From: Raillietiella orientalis
Lineage: Eukaryota
Assembly: GCA_036172245.1 (NCBI GenBank)
Contig: JAYWIR010000053.1
Location: 248,001 to 312,000, forward strand
Length of the DNA: 64,000 bases
Reading direction: 5' to 3'
The translations under genes and the position numbers were made by a program. Of this stretch, positions 35,690 to 46,620 are shown in pieces (the stretch's first letter is position 1; the number at the start of each line of letters is the position of its first letter). The notes below the pieces were generated by a model that was given only the letters and a program-made list of their open reading frames with translations, was not told the DNA's origin and made no database searches.

Positions 35690-37129
35690 CGCAGTGACGT
35701 CACCATCAGCTGACGACAATGCCGTTCCGGCATTGCCAGCGAAGGACGTCTGCGCGCCGATCGATGAAGCCGCTTCCATTGCGCCTGCGCCGAGTGTCGG
35801 TGCGGAAAGCGAGGAGGTGGCGCGAATCGAAGAGGCGACCTTCGAGAAGGCCGCGGAAGAGCTGGCAGCCATGTTCAGGCGGCCTGCCAAGGCCGAAAAG
35901 AAGGCCTTGAGACGACCGGCGACGGCGAAGGGCCCGGAATCTTCCGGGTCCGACGCTGAAGCCGGTTGCTCTACTTCCACAGCCGTGCCGAAGAGGAAAG
36001 CTGGCAAGAAGGCCGGATGCCCGAGACGTGTCGCCTCCTCCCAAGTGGAGGAGCCCATGTCCTCGGGCACGGAGGAGGAGGCAATGTGCGTCGCGTCACG
36101 CGAGCCTTCTCCCGTCCGCGCCTCGGAAGCCAGCGCAATGGAAGTCGCTGCTGGCGTCGTGCTCCCGGGTGAGCAGCAGACCGTCGTCACGGCCGCCAAC
36201 GAGCCGCCTCCCGAGGCGAGGAGGCCGCCCACCAACTACCACACCATCGCGGGCTCGCCTCCCGCCGGCGCTGGCTTGCGCATCACCTGCCGAATGTCAC
36301 GGGTTGCGCGACGACGTAAAGAGGCGAGATGTAGCCGCCATACTGCGAGACTTCGACCTGGTGCTCCTGCAAGAGACGCACGTTCTCCGACCGGGAGATG
36401 TCCAGGAAATCGAAAGAATAGCGAGAGGGCGGCTACTGTGGAGGAACGGAACGGACAACTCCTGCGGAGTGGCCTTTCTGCTAAAGCCAACCGTCGACAA
36501 CTCACTGCGCAGTGCACGGTTCGACGTGGATTGTCGAGTTGGGCAGCTTGTGTTGAAGTGGTCCGACTCAATCGACCTCGTAGTCACGAACCTGTACGCT
36601 CCGGTGAGCAGCCACAGGGCCGAGGAACGCACTGCGTTCTTCGAAACCTTGCGGCGAGACTGGTTGGCCGAAGCAGGTGTGCGAAGGGCGCACCTCATTG
36701 CGGGCGATTTCAATATCCGCCTGCTGGCAGGTGCGCCCAGCGGACGAGCACAGCTGGTCAACGAGTTGTGCGCAGCCATGCATGCGCGCAACTTGTTGGC
36801 CGGCGATGCCGGGAGAGATCGGAACATCCACCACATGTTCCTCGACAACCACCTGTGCACGCGGGTGGGAACTCTAGGAACGCTCCCGGCAGAGCTGTCC
36901 GACCATCCACAACTCGTGCTCGAGTAACATCCGCGCAATAAGGGCCCTCCCCTGAAAACATGGCGCCTGCCAGGGGATTGGTTGCGCCTCGCAGGAGCGG
37001 CGGAACATCTACGCTGTTTCCTGCGAGGATTCCAGCTTCAGACGCTCGCGGACTGGGACGAAATGAAGTGCTCAGTCCGTGAGTTTTGCGACCAGTTTCC
37101 CCTGGAACGTCTTCCGCCGGGCTTCGGTG
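35690..37129 (+). mobile_element. 5'-truncated B1 copy, left part (ORF1 tail and endonuclease), interrupted at the GFG codons
   Basis: Near copy of 26850-28297; breaks at CCGGGCTTCGGTG and resumes at 48471. Confidence 0.9.
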
Positions 37130-40100
37130 TTGCCACCCGGGTACGCCCGGGGCGTTTATTGATAAACTTTACATGCGTGGTACAAGGCCCCACCACGGCC
37201 GTAAACACAGGACCTGTCGGGACACCGGGACGCAGCCCGGCGTGGCACTCCCCGACAGCGAAGGGGGATGGGGATGAGACAAAAAGTAAAATAAAAAGAA
37301 ACAAACAAAAAGAAGTTGGAGGGCAGGGAAGGGATCACTGTTCGCTGTGGGGAGGGCCCATCCGTCGAACGAAGCCCTCGAGGTCAGCCTGCATATTCCC
37401 CAGTTGGGGCCATCCGGCAGTTCTTCGCAAGAAGCGTTTCGCATACGGGATGAAGTCCCTCGCCTGTGGACCCACTCCTTCGTTGTTGGCGTCGCTCCAT
37501 GCCCCCACGATGCCACGGACGCAGCACAAGGCTGCGATGGCTGCGGCTGGCTGCAGTGCGTCCTTCACGAAGAGGGGCCGAAGAACGTCTCTGGGGGTGC
37601 TGCCCGTAGGGATCCCGAGGGTCGTCCCGAACCGTTCCCAAAGGGGTCGGAGGGCAGCACAATCCACAATAAGGTGGGGAAGTGACTCCCGCTCCCCGCA
37701 CCTGGCACACGCAGGATCCACAGCTCTCCTCGTCCAGTGGAAGCGGCGCGCGTTGCAGGGTAGACCCCAGTGCAGCAAAAGCAACGCCGACTCTTGCCAC
37801 TTGAGGGGCAGGATCCTGGATTCTTTGATCACCGGGGGCCACTTCAGCTCATCCCTGGGAATGGCGAGCAGCTCGCCCCATCTTAACAATCCTCGCGGCT
37901 GGACGCTCGAGGTCGAGGCGTCGGCCAGTTCTCCTGTTGTCCAGCCGCTGATCAACTTCTCCCGTCCCTCGATGCAGCAGGAGACTTGCCGACTTGGCGT
38001 CCGGGTGCTGTGAAGTGCCCTCCTTAGGAAGGGTAGCGCCGTAGCTAGGCAGGTCGTCTCTGCCCACGTGCATCTTGCTGGACTCTCCAGGAGATTCCGC
38101 AGCGTGCAGCGGGCGTAGGGGCTGCATCGGAGACGATTCCACGTCTCGTGGCTCCTCTGGTTGACTACTGCCCACGTTCCCATATTCTCCTCCAGCCAGG
38201 CGGGGGAGTTGGCGGGGCAGCAAACCATCCAGCTGTTCTCCTTGGCCAATGTTGCCATGCGCCCGAGCAGTAGGCCGCATCTTCGCATCTTCCGGCCACG
38301 GCTCAGAAGAAAAGACGCGAGTCCATCGCACCGGGACACACGGCTGGCCAGGAGGCGGGCCGGAGTGCACCAAGGGGTGCTCCACATCTTCGCTGCGATG
38401 GCGAAGGTTCGCCACCGCAGCTGCTTTTCCACGCGCTCCAGCGTCAGGAGGCCAAGACCGCCGTCCCAACGCGGAGCGCACAAGTCCTTCAGTGGGACTC
38501 GGGGCCTCCCCTTGCCCCAAAGGGCGATACGGAGGAGGTCCTTCGTCCTCTTCTTGGATTCCACGGTGGGGGGGCAAACAAAAAGCAAGGGGCGGAGGAT
38601 GGGGCCGCGAAGGCGTTCCAAACCGCGGCCCGTTCCGGCAAGTGAAACTTGCCTTCCAGGAACGGGCCGATCGCCGTCTCGACTTTTTGAAGACAGCTGG
38701 ACCACGCTTCCGCAGGGGAGTAGTCACCCAACGGCACACCAAGGTACTTGGGGCACCTCGCCGTAGGGATCCCCAGACGGACCCAGTCCTGCTGCCCTGC
38801 CCACGCCGCACCTACTGGCACCACCGACGACTTCGCCCTGTTGACCTGCAGTCCGGTCCCACGGCTGAGCAGATCGAAGAAGTCTCCGACCGCCTTTGCC
38901 GGGGTGGACATAGGTAAGAGGAGCAGAAGAACGTTAGCATAGGCTTCTGCGGCGGGCGTGCCGGGGCACGAGCTCGGCAAAGAGGCCAAAGTCACCCTAT
39001 GTGCTCTCAGCACCAACTCAAAGTAGGTGCTGAAGAGCAGGGGACTCAGGCTTTCGCCTGAGTCCCCTGCTCTGCCGGTGCGGCGGGGCTTATGCACCGC
39101 CGCACCGGCACGCCATATACCTTTTGTCTGCTGAGAAAGATGCAGATAATCGCATTCCGATATCAAGAGCGCAGCTGGGTGATTAAAGAGGGTGAGAAGC
39201 CCCTGCGACCAAGGAGCTCAAACAAAAGCTCCTGTTCAACACAGTCGAACGCTTTATGGAGACTGACTGCGAGTGCTACGGCTTCTTTTCCTTACTGGAG
39301 TCCCTTCCCTTCCCTGCTGGCGGCCCCAAAGTAGGGTTGCCGATTTTTCCTTTCCCTTCCTCACCCTCTGACATCTCTGGGTGTGCATCCATGTGCTCGC
39401 GAAGAAGAGGTTGGCATCCATACTTCGCCCGGAAACAGCATATGTCTGCTCCGGGCTAATTATGGATTCTGCCATCTGCCCTAAAGCGATGCCTATAGCC
39501 TGACAACCAACTTGGCGTCCGTATTCACAATCGTGAACGGACGCCAGTTGTTCAAATTTCTAAGGTCTCCCCCTTCCGGAATGAACCTCACTCTGGCTGA
39601 TCGAAACTAGGCGAGAACATCGCCTTCGTCTCGGATCAACATTATCAACTTAAGCAGCAGGGGTGCCAGCTCTTCCGCGAAGCTCTGAAAGAACTTTGCA
39701 GGCAAGCCGTCTTACCCTGGAGCTTTCCGCCTCTTGAGCCTTCTGATACCGCCGAGAATTTTGCCGGTGGTAGAAGGCTCATCGAGGCTTAAGGACTCCT
39801 CCTCCCCTATTGCCGTGGCACCATCCGGAAGCAAGCGCCGAGAGGCGTTTCGATCCGGGGGCTCCCTGGCGTAAAGGGAGGAATAAAAACTCCGCACGAG
39901 ATGCCGTACCGACGCCGGGGACGAACATTCCCGGCCCTGGTCGTCCAGCAAGCTGGCCGACCCGGATTGCCATGCTTGGCGTTCGGCCCCGGCGCGGTAC
40001 TCGGCCAGGCGACGGACATTAGAGGTTCTCTCGTACCTACGAGCCTGTAAATAGGCCCGATGGTTGCGAGCACCCTCGAAGAATCCGGAAGGCAGGCGAT

Positions 40101-42806
40101 CCTGAGGGAACTGCTCACAGAAATCGCGGTCCGATTCCTTAAAAAGGTCCTAGTCCTGGAGATTCCGGAGCGTGACGCCTCTCAGGTATTCGCGAAGGTG
40201 TTCCTTCGCACCTGAGAGTGGCATCCAGTTCCCCGGCAGACGCCAATCCCTGGATGGCGGTCCTTTGTCGCAAGACCGCATCTCGAAAATTAACCGGGAA
40301 TGATCCGACAACGTCGACGCAACCCTCCCCCGTTTGCCGACCCGTGAACACAGGTCAGCGTCCAGGAAGACGTGGGCGATGCTGCGGACCATTCCTTTCT
40401 CACCCGCGAACAAGTTGCGCGTACGCATGGCGGCGCACAACTCGTTCATCGCGTTATCTTGTGTTTCTGGCTCACCTGATAACAGACGGAGATTGAAATC
40501 TCCCGCTATCAGATGAGCCTTCCGCCCGTTCGTGTCCGCCAGCCAGTCTCGCTTCAGGGATTCCAGCCGCCTGGTACGGTCGCTGTATCCCTGTTTATTG
40601 CTAAGGGCGTACACATTCGGGACGATCAGTTCGATCGAGTCGGCTAAGCTGACAATCAGCTGACCGACACGACCGTCGTCATTGAAGCGCACGCCCTTCA
40701 CGGCAGCGTCGATGGCCGGCTTCACGAAGAACGCGACCCCGCAGGTGTTGCGGAGGCCGCACCGCCAATACAGCCGACCCCCCGCGATCGTCTCGATCTC
40801 CTGGGCGTCTGCCGCGGTGATCACGTGGATCTCCTGCAGCAGGGCCAGGTCGAGCTCACGCAGGGTGTCGGCCGTATCTCGCCGGTTACCGTCGTCGCGC
40901 AGCCCGTTGACGTTCCAACAGGCGGCGCGAATCCGACGGCGACTGGCGAGCCCAGGTGTTATTCCTGGGAAGATGGCGATGCGGCGTCCCCCACCTGTTG
41001 GGGCGGGACGCTAGGTGGAGGAGGAGGGTCAGGCGCTGCGTGCACCTGGTCCCCCTCCTCCATGGGTAACGGCGCGTCGAGCGGCTCACCCTTAGATGAT
41101 GTCGCGCCTACCTGTTGGCCCTCCTCCATGGGGGCGGGCTGTTCAGGCTCGGCGACTGCAGGGAGGACTTCGCCCCCCTGCTCACCCTCCAACATGGGGT
41201 GGCCGGCTCGACGGCTTCCGAGCGTGGGAGTTCCCCCTCCTGGATTCCCACGCTACCGCTTCCTTCCGGTTTCTCCTCCTCGCTGGTGGAGGGGAGGCGC
41301 CTCCTGGGCTTCTGGGACTTGCGTTCCGACTTCCTGGGGGGTGCCTCCGAGGAGGAGGATGCACTTCCGGCCCCCAGGTCCGACTCACCTGTGGGGGCCT
41401 TTTTCGCGGGAGCCGGCCTTCGCACGGCCTTGCGTGAGGGGTTCTCACGCTCCGCCAGCGTGGACGCGAGCTCCTCCGCCGCCTTTGCGAACGCGGCGTC
41501 CGCAGTGTCGACCGGCGCGTCGCGCGGCTCTCCCTCTGTGTAAACAGAGGGTTCGCCGTCGCGAACCTCGGGCGCGGCGGAAACGGCGAGGGAAGGCTCG
41601 TCGCCCCGGGTGGCAATCTCGGGAACGGCTATGCGCTTCAGTGCTACCGTACACTCCCGCATGGTCTTAGAGCGCGGCCCAGGTTTTTTCGCCTTGCAGG
41701 CTGTCTTTTTTACCGCTTTCGCGGGTTCCGCGGGGGGCACCTTTTTCTCCTTCCTGGCCTTGACCAGCTGCCAGCCGTCTTGGACTCCCGCGTCTTCGGA
41801 GGGTTTTTCTTCCGACGCCTGTATGGGAGGAACAGGGGCTAGCGGCTGCTGCCGGCCAGTATCTCTTTTTGGTCTTTCGACCAGTTTACCGCGTTTTGCC
41901 TGTGCTTTTTTTGCAGCAGGCGGCACCGGAGTGGGGCGTTTAGGGCATACGCGGCGTACGTGGCCCTTCTCCCCGCATAAGTGGCACACAATGTTCGGGC
42001 ACCGCATGCGCAAGTGTCCTACTGCATTGCAGTAGCCACAAAAGCGGGGTTTCCCCACGTACCAGAGGTCTACGACTTCGCCATTGACCTCTAGTTTGTG
42101 GGGAAGCCCACTCTCCTTCACCGTCACGCGCGCGGCGCCCTGCCCTCCGAAAAGGCTATCGTAGCCATCGAAGATTGTGGCCTTTGGCCAAAGCGCGTGA
42201 ACATCCCCGTACTTTCTTAACTGATCACCAACCGCAGACCGCGTCATGCGGCTGGTGATCCCTGTCAGATGGACCACTACGGAGCGGTCCATCGTGATTG
42301 GTAGGATCTTGCGTCCATCCACGTTCAGCGGGGTGGTTATCAAGCTTTGCGCCAAGGTGATGTCCTTGCAGACAACCTCAACGCGCTGACCCCCGCTTAG
42401 CACGGATAGACCGTCAAGGTCCTTTTCCAACACGTTGGCGTTCTGCAGCGCTTTCGAAAAAGCGCGTGCAGTTCGCCCGTCAAAGAGATTGCCTACCTGG
42501 TTAACCAAGCTGGGCTTGTACCCAGCTGCCCGGTAGGCCGGCATCTCGGCCATGGTTTCCGCGCTCGGCGCGGCCACCATGGCGCTCCAGCTCCTCGCCT
42601 TGAGCGGCGAGGGCGATTCCGGAGCGGACGCCCCTGATTCTGTAGGCTGTGGGGGTGGGCAAGCCTCCCCACACCTACCTCCATCGTGGTGTCCTCAGGC
42701 ATCGCTGCCATCGGACACCAACGATGTTCCACACCAAAGAACAATAGAAAAAACCGCTTCCTTTCGACTCACTCGGGAGCGAAGGAAACACACGTCCACT
42801 CGCCAA
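37130..42806 (-). mobile_element. Full-length family C1 LINE, copy A (decayed, mosaic)
   Basis: Both termini match copy B; frameshifts and stops in ORF1 and ORF2; YADD changed to YANV. Confidence 0.92.
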
Positions 42807-42817
42807 GGGCTTCGGTG
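42807..42817. repeat. Target-site duplication GGGCTTCGGTG between tandem C1 copies (other copies: 37119-37129 exact; 48471-48481 GGGATTCGGCG)
   Basis: Read directly at the three junctions. Confidence 0.85.
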
Positions 42818-43023
42818 TTGCCACCCGGGTACGCCCGGGGCGTTTATTGATAAACTTTACATGCGTGGTACAAGGCCCCACCTCGGCCGTAAACACAGGA
42901 CCTGTCGGGACACCGAAACGCAGCCCGGCGTGGCACTCCCCGACAGCGAAGGGGGATGGGGATGAGACAAAAAGTAAAATAAAAAAGAAACAAACAAAAA
43001 GAAGTTGGAGGGCAGGGAAGGGA

Positions 43024-46000
43024 TCACTGGTCGCTGTGGGGAGGGCCCATCCGTCGAACGAAGCCCTCGAGGTCAGCCTGCATATTCCCCAGTTGGGGCC
43101 ATCCGGCAGCTCTTCGCAAGAAGCGTTTGGCATACGGGATGACATCCCTCGCCTGTGGACCCACTCCTTCGTTGTTGGCGTCGCTCCATGCCGCCACGAT
43201 GCCACGGACGCAGCATAAGGCTGCGATGGATGCGGCGGGCTGCAGTGTGTCCTTCACGAAGAGGGGCCGAAGAACCTCTCTGGGAGTGCTGCCCGTAGGG
43301 AGCCCGAGGGTCGTCCCAAACCGTTCCCAAAGGGGTCGGAGGGCTGCACACTCCGCAATAAGGTGGGGAAGCGAATCCCACTCCTCGCACCTGGCACACG
43401 CAGGATCCACAGCTCCCCTCGTCCAGTGGAAGCGGCGCGCGTTGCAGGGTAGACCCCAGTGCAACAAAAGCAACGCCGACTCGTGCCACTTCAGGGGCAG
43501 GATCCTGGATTCTTTCATCACCGGGGGCCACTTCAGCTCATCCCTGGGGATGGCGAGCAGCTCGCCCCATCTTAACAATCCTCGCGGCTGGACGCTCGGG
43601 GTCGAGGCGTCGGCCAGTTCTCCTGTTGTCCAGCCGCTGATCAACTTCTCCCGTCCCTCGATGCAGCAGCAGACTTGCCACCTTGGCGTCCGGGTGCTGT
43701 GAAGTGCCCTCCTTAGGAAGGGTAGCGCCGTAGCTAGGCAGGTCGTCTCTGCCCACGTGCATCTTGCTGGACTCTCCAGGAGATTCCGCAGCGTGCAGCG
43801 GGCGTAGGGGCTGCATCGGAGACGATTCCACGTCTCGTGGCTTCTCTGCTTAACTACTGCCCACGTTCCAATATTCTCCTCCAGCCAGGCGGGGGAGTTG
43901 GCGGGGCAGCAAACCATCCAGCTGTTCTCCTTGGCCAATGTTGCCATGCGCCCGAGCAGTAGGCCGCATCTTCGCATCTTCCGGCCACGGCTCAGAAGAA
44001 AAGACGCGAGTCCATCGCACCGGGACACACGGCTGGCCAGCAGGCGGGCCGGAGTGCACCAAGGGGTGCTCCACATCTTCGCTGCGATGGCGAGGGTTCG
44101 CCACCGCAGCTGCTTTTCCACGCGCTCCAGCGTCAGGAGGCCAAGACCGCCGTCCCGACGCGGAGCGCACAAGTCCTTCAGTGGGACTCGGGGCCTCCCC
44201 TTGCCCCAAAGGGCGATACGGAGGAGGTCCTTCGTCCTCTTCTTGGATTCCACGGTGGGGGGGCAAACAAAAAGCAAGGGGCTGAGGATGGGGGCCGCGA
44301 AGGCGTTCCAAACCGCGGCCCGTTCCGGCAAGTGAAACTTGCCTTCCAGGAACGGGCCGATCGCCGTCTCGACATTTTGGAGGCAGCTGGACCACGCTTC
44401 CGCAGGGGAGTAGTCCCCCAACGGCACACCAAGGTACTTGAAGCACCTCGCCGTGGGGATCCCCAGACGGACCCAGTCCTGCTGCCCTGCCCCCGCCGCA
44501 CCTATTGGCACAACCGACGACTTCGCCCTGTTAACCTGCAGTCCGGTCCCGCGGCTGAGCAGATCGAAGAAGTCTCCGACCGCCTTTGCCGGGGTGGACA
44601 TTGGCAACAAAAGCAGAAGATCGTCGGCGTACGCTGCTACGGCGGGCGTGCCGGGGCACGAGCTCGGCAATGGGGTCAAAGTCACCCTGTACGCTCTCAG
44701 CACCAACTCAAAGTAGGTGCTGAAGAGCAGGGGGCTGAGGCTATCTCCCTGCCTTATGCCCCGCCGCACCGGCACGCCATACACCTTTTGACCGCTGAAA
44801 GAGACGGTAATTATCGCATTCCGCCAGCAAGAGCGCAGGTAGGAAATCAGGGAGGGTGGGAAGCCCATGCGACCCAGGAGCTCCAAGAGAAGTTCCTGGT
44901 CTACACAGTCGAACGCCTTGTGGAGATCGACTGCGAGCGCTAGGGCCCCCTTCCCCGCCCGGGGGTCCCTTCCCAGCCCGGCTGGCGGCCTTAATGTGGG
45001 GTTGCCGACTTTCCCTATCCCTTTCTTCTCTCTTCTCTGCAGGTGCACCCATGTGCTTGCGAAGAAGAGGTTGGCATACATACTTCGCCCGGGAACAGCA
45101 TAAGTCTGCTCCGGGCTAATTACGGATTCTGCCACCTGCCCCAGACGCGAAGTCCATAGCCCTGCGATCAACTTGGCGTCCGTATTCTCGATCGTGATCG
45201 GACGCCAGTTCTTTAAATCCCTGAGGTCTCCCCCTTTCGGCAGGAGCCTCACTCTGGCTGACCGAAACGAGGCGGGAACATCGCCTTCGTCTCGGATCAG
45301 CCTGATCAACTTAAGCAGCAGGGGTGCCAGCTCTTCCGCGAAGCTCTGAAAGAACTCCGCCGGCAAGCCGTCTTCCCCTGGAGCTTTACGCCTCTTGAGC
45401 CTTTTGATACCGGCGAGAATTTCGCCGGTGGTAAAAGGCTCGTCGAGGCTTTCCATCTCCTCCTCCCCTATTGCCGGGGCGCCATCCTGAAGCAAGCGCC
45501 GAGAGGCGTTTCGATCCGGGGGCTGCCTGGCGTAAAGGGAGGAATAGAAACTCCGCACGAGATGCCGTACCGACGCCGGGGACGAACATTCCCGGCCCTG
45601 GGCGTCCAGCAAGCTGGCCGACCCGGATTGCCAGGCTTGGCGTTCGGCCCCGGCGCGGTACTCGGCCAGGCGACGGACATTAGGGGTTCTCTCGTACCTA
45701 CGAGCCTGTAAATAGGCCCGATGGTTGAGAGCACCCTCGCCGAATCCGGGGGGCAGGCGATCCAGGGGGAACTGCTCACAGAACTCGCGGACCGATTCCT
45801 TAAAAAGGTCCCAGTCCTGGAGATTCCGGAGCGTGACACCTCTCAGGTATTCGCGAAGGTATTCCTTCGCACCTGAGAGTCGCGTCCAGTCCCCCGGCAG
45901 ACGCCAATCCCTGGATGGCGGTCCTTTGTCACGAGGCCGCATCTCGAAAATTAACCGGGAATGGTCCGACAACGTCGACGCAACCCTCCCCCGTTTGCCG

Positions 46001-46620
46001 ACCCGTGAACACAGGTCAGCGTCGAGGAAGACGTGGTCGATGCTGCGGACCATTCCCCTCTCACCCGCGAACAAGTTGCGCGCACGCACGGCGGCGCACA
46101 ACTCGTTCATCGCGTTCTCTTGTGTTTCTGGCTCACCTGTTAGCAGACGGAGATTGAAATCTCCCGCTATCAGGTGAGCCTTCCGCACGTTCGTGTCCGC
46201 CAGCCAATCGCGCTTCAGGGAATCCAGCAGCCTGGTACGGTCGCTGTATCCCTGTTTAACGCTGGGGGCGTACACATTCGTGACGATCAATTCGATCGAG
46301 TCGGACCAGCTGAGAATCAGCTGACCGACCCGACCGTCGTCATCGAAGCGCACGCCCTTCACGGCCGCGTCGATGGTCGGCTTCACGAAGAACGCGACCC
46401 CGCAGGTGTTGCGGAGGCCGCACCGCCAATACAGCCGACCCCCCGCGATCGTCTCGATCTCCTGGGCGTCTGCCGCTGTGATCACGTGGATCTCCTGCAG
46501 CAGGGCCAGGTCGAGCTCACGCAGGGTGTCGGCCGTATCTCGCCTGTTACCGTCGTCGCGCAGCCCGTTGACGTTCCAACAGGCGGCGCGAATCCGACGG
46601 CGACTGGCGAGCCCAGGTGT
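43024..46620 (-). CDS. LINE ORF2: endonuclease, RT, zinc finger (1198 aa from the ACA overlapping the ORF1 stop)
   Basis: Open frame TPGLASRRRIRAACWNVNG...QEIH...GDFN...IDH...SDH...YADD...CARCEEWDSLPHLIAEC; start codon is inferred. Confidence 0.93.
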   Translation of the reverse strand, partial: TPGLASRRRIRAACWNVNGLRDDGNRRDTADTLRELDLALLQEIHVITAADAQEIETIAGGRLYWRCGLRNTCGVAFFVKPTIDAAVKGVRFDDDGRVGQLILSWSDSIELIVTNVYAPSVKQGYSDRTRLLDSLKRDWLADTNVRKAHLIAGDFNLRLLTGEPETQENAMNELCAAVRARNLFAGERGMVRSIDHVFLDADLCSRVGKRGRVASTLSDHSRLIFEMRPRDKGPPSRDWRLPGDWTRLSGAKEYLREYLRGVTLRNLQDWDLFKESVREFCEQFPLDRLPPGFGEGALNHRAYLQARRYERTPNVRRLAEYRAGAERQAWQSGSASLLDAQGRECSSPASVRHLVRSFYSSLYARQPPDRNASRRLLQDGAPAIGEEEMESLDEPFTTGEILAGIKRLKRRKAPGEDGLPAEFFQSFAEELAPLLLKLIRLIRDEGDVPASFRSARVRLLPKGGDLRDLKNWRPITIENTDAKLIAGLWTSRLGQVAESVISPEQTYAVPGRSMYANLFFASTWVHLQRREKKGIGKVGNPTLRPPAGLGRDPRAGKGALALAVDLHKAFDCVDQELLLELLGRMGFPPSLISYLRSCWRNAIITVSFSGQKVYGVPVRRGIRQGDSLSPLLFSTYFELVLRAYRVTLTPLPSSCPGTPAVAAYADDLLLLLPMSTPAKAVGDFFDLLSRGTGLQVNRAKSSVVPIGAAGAGQQDWVRLGIPTARCFKYLGVPLGDYSPAEAWSSCLQNVETAIGPFLEGKFHLPERAAVWNAFAAPILSPLLFVCPPTVESKKRTKDLLRIALWGKGRPRVPLKDLCAPRRDGGLGLLTLERVEKQLRWRTLAIAAKMWSTPWCTPARLLASRVSRCDGLASFLLSRGRKMRRCGLLLGRMATLAKENSWMVCCPANSPAWLEENIGTWAVVKQRSHETWNRLRCSPYARCTLRNLLESPARCTWAETTCLATALPFLRRALHSTRTPRWQVCCCIEGREKLISGWTTGELADASTPSVQPRGLLRWGELLAIPRDELKWPPVMKESRILPLKWHESALLLLHWGLPCNARRFHWTRGAVDPACARCEEWDSLPHLIAECAALRPLWERFGTTLGLPTGSTPREVLRPLFVKDTLQPAASIAALCCVRGIVAAWSDANNEGVGPQARDVIPYAKRFLRRAAGWPQLGNMQADLEGFVRRMGPPHSDQ

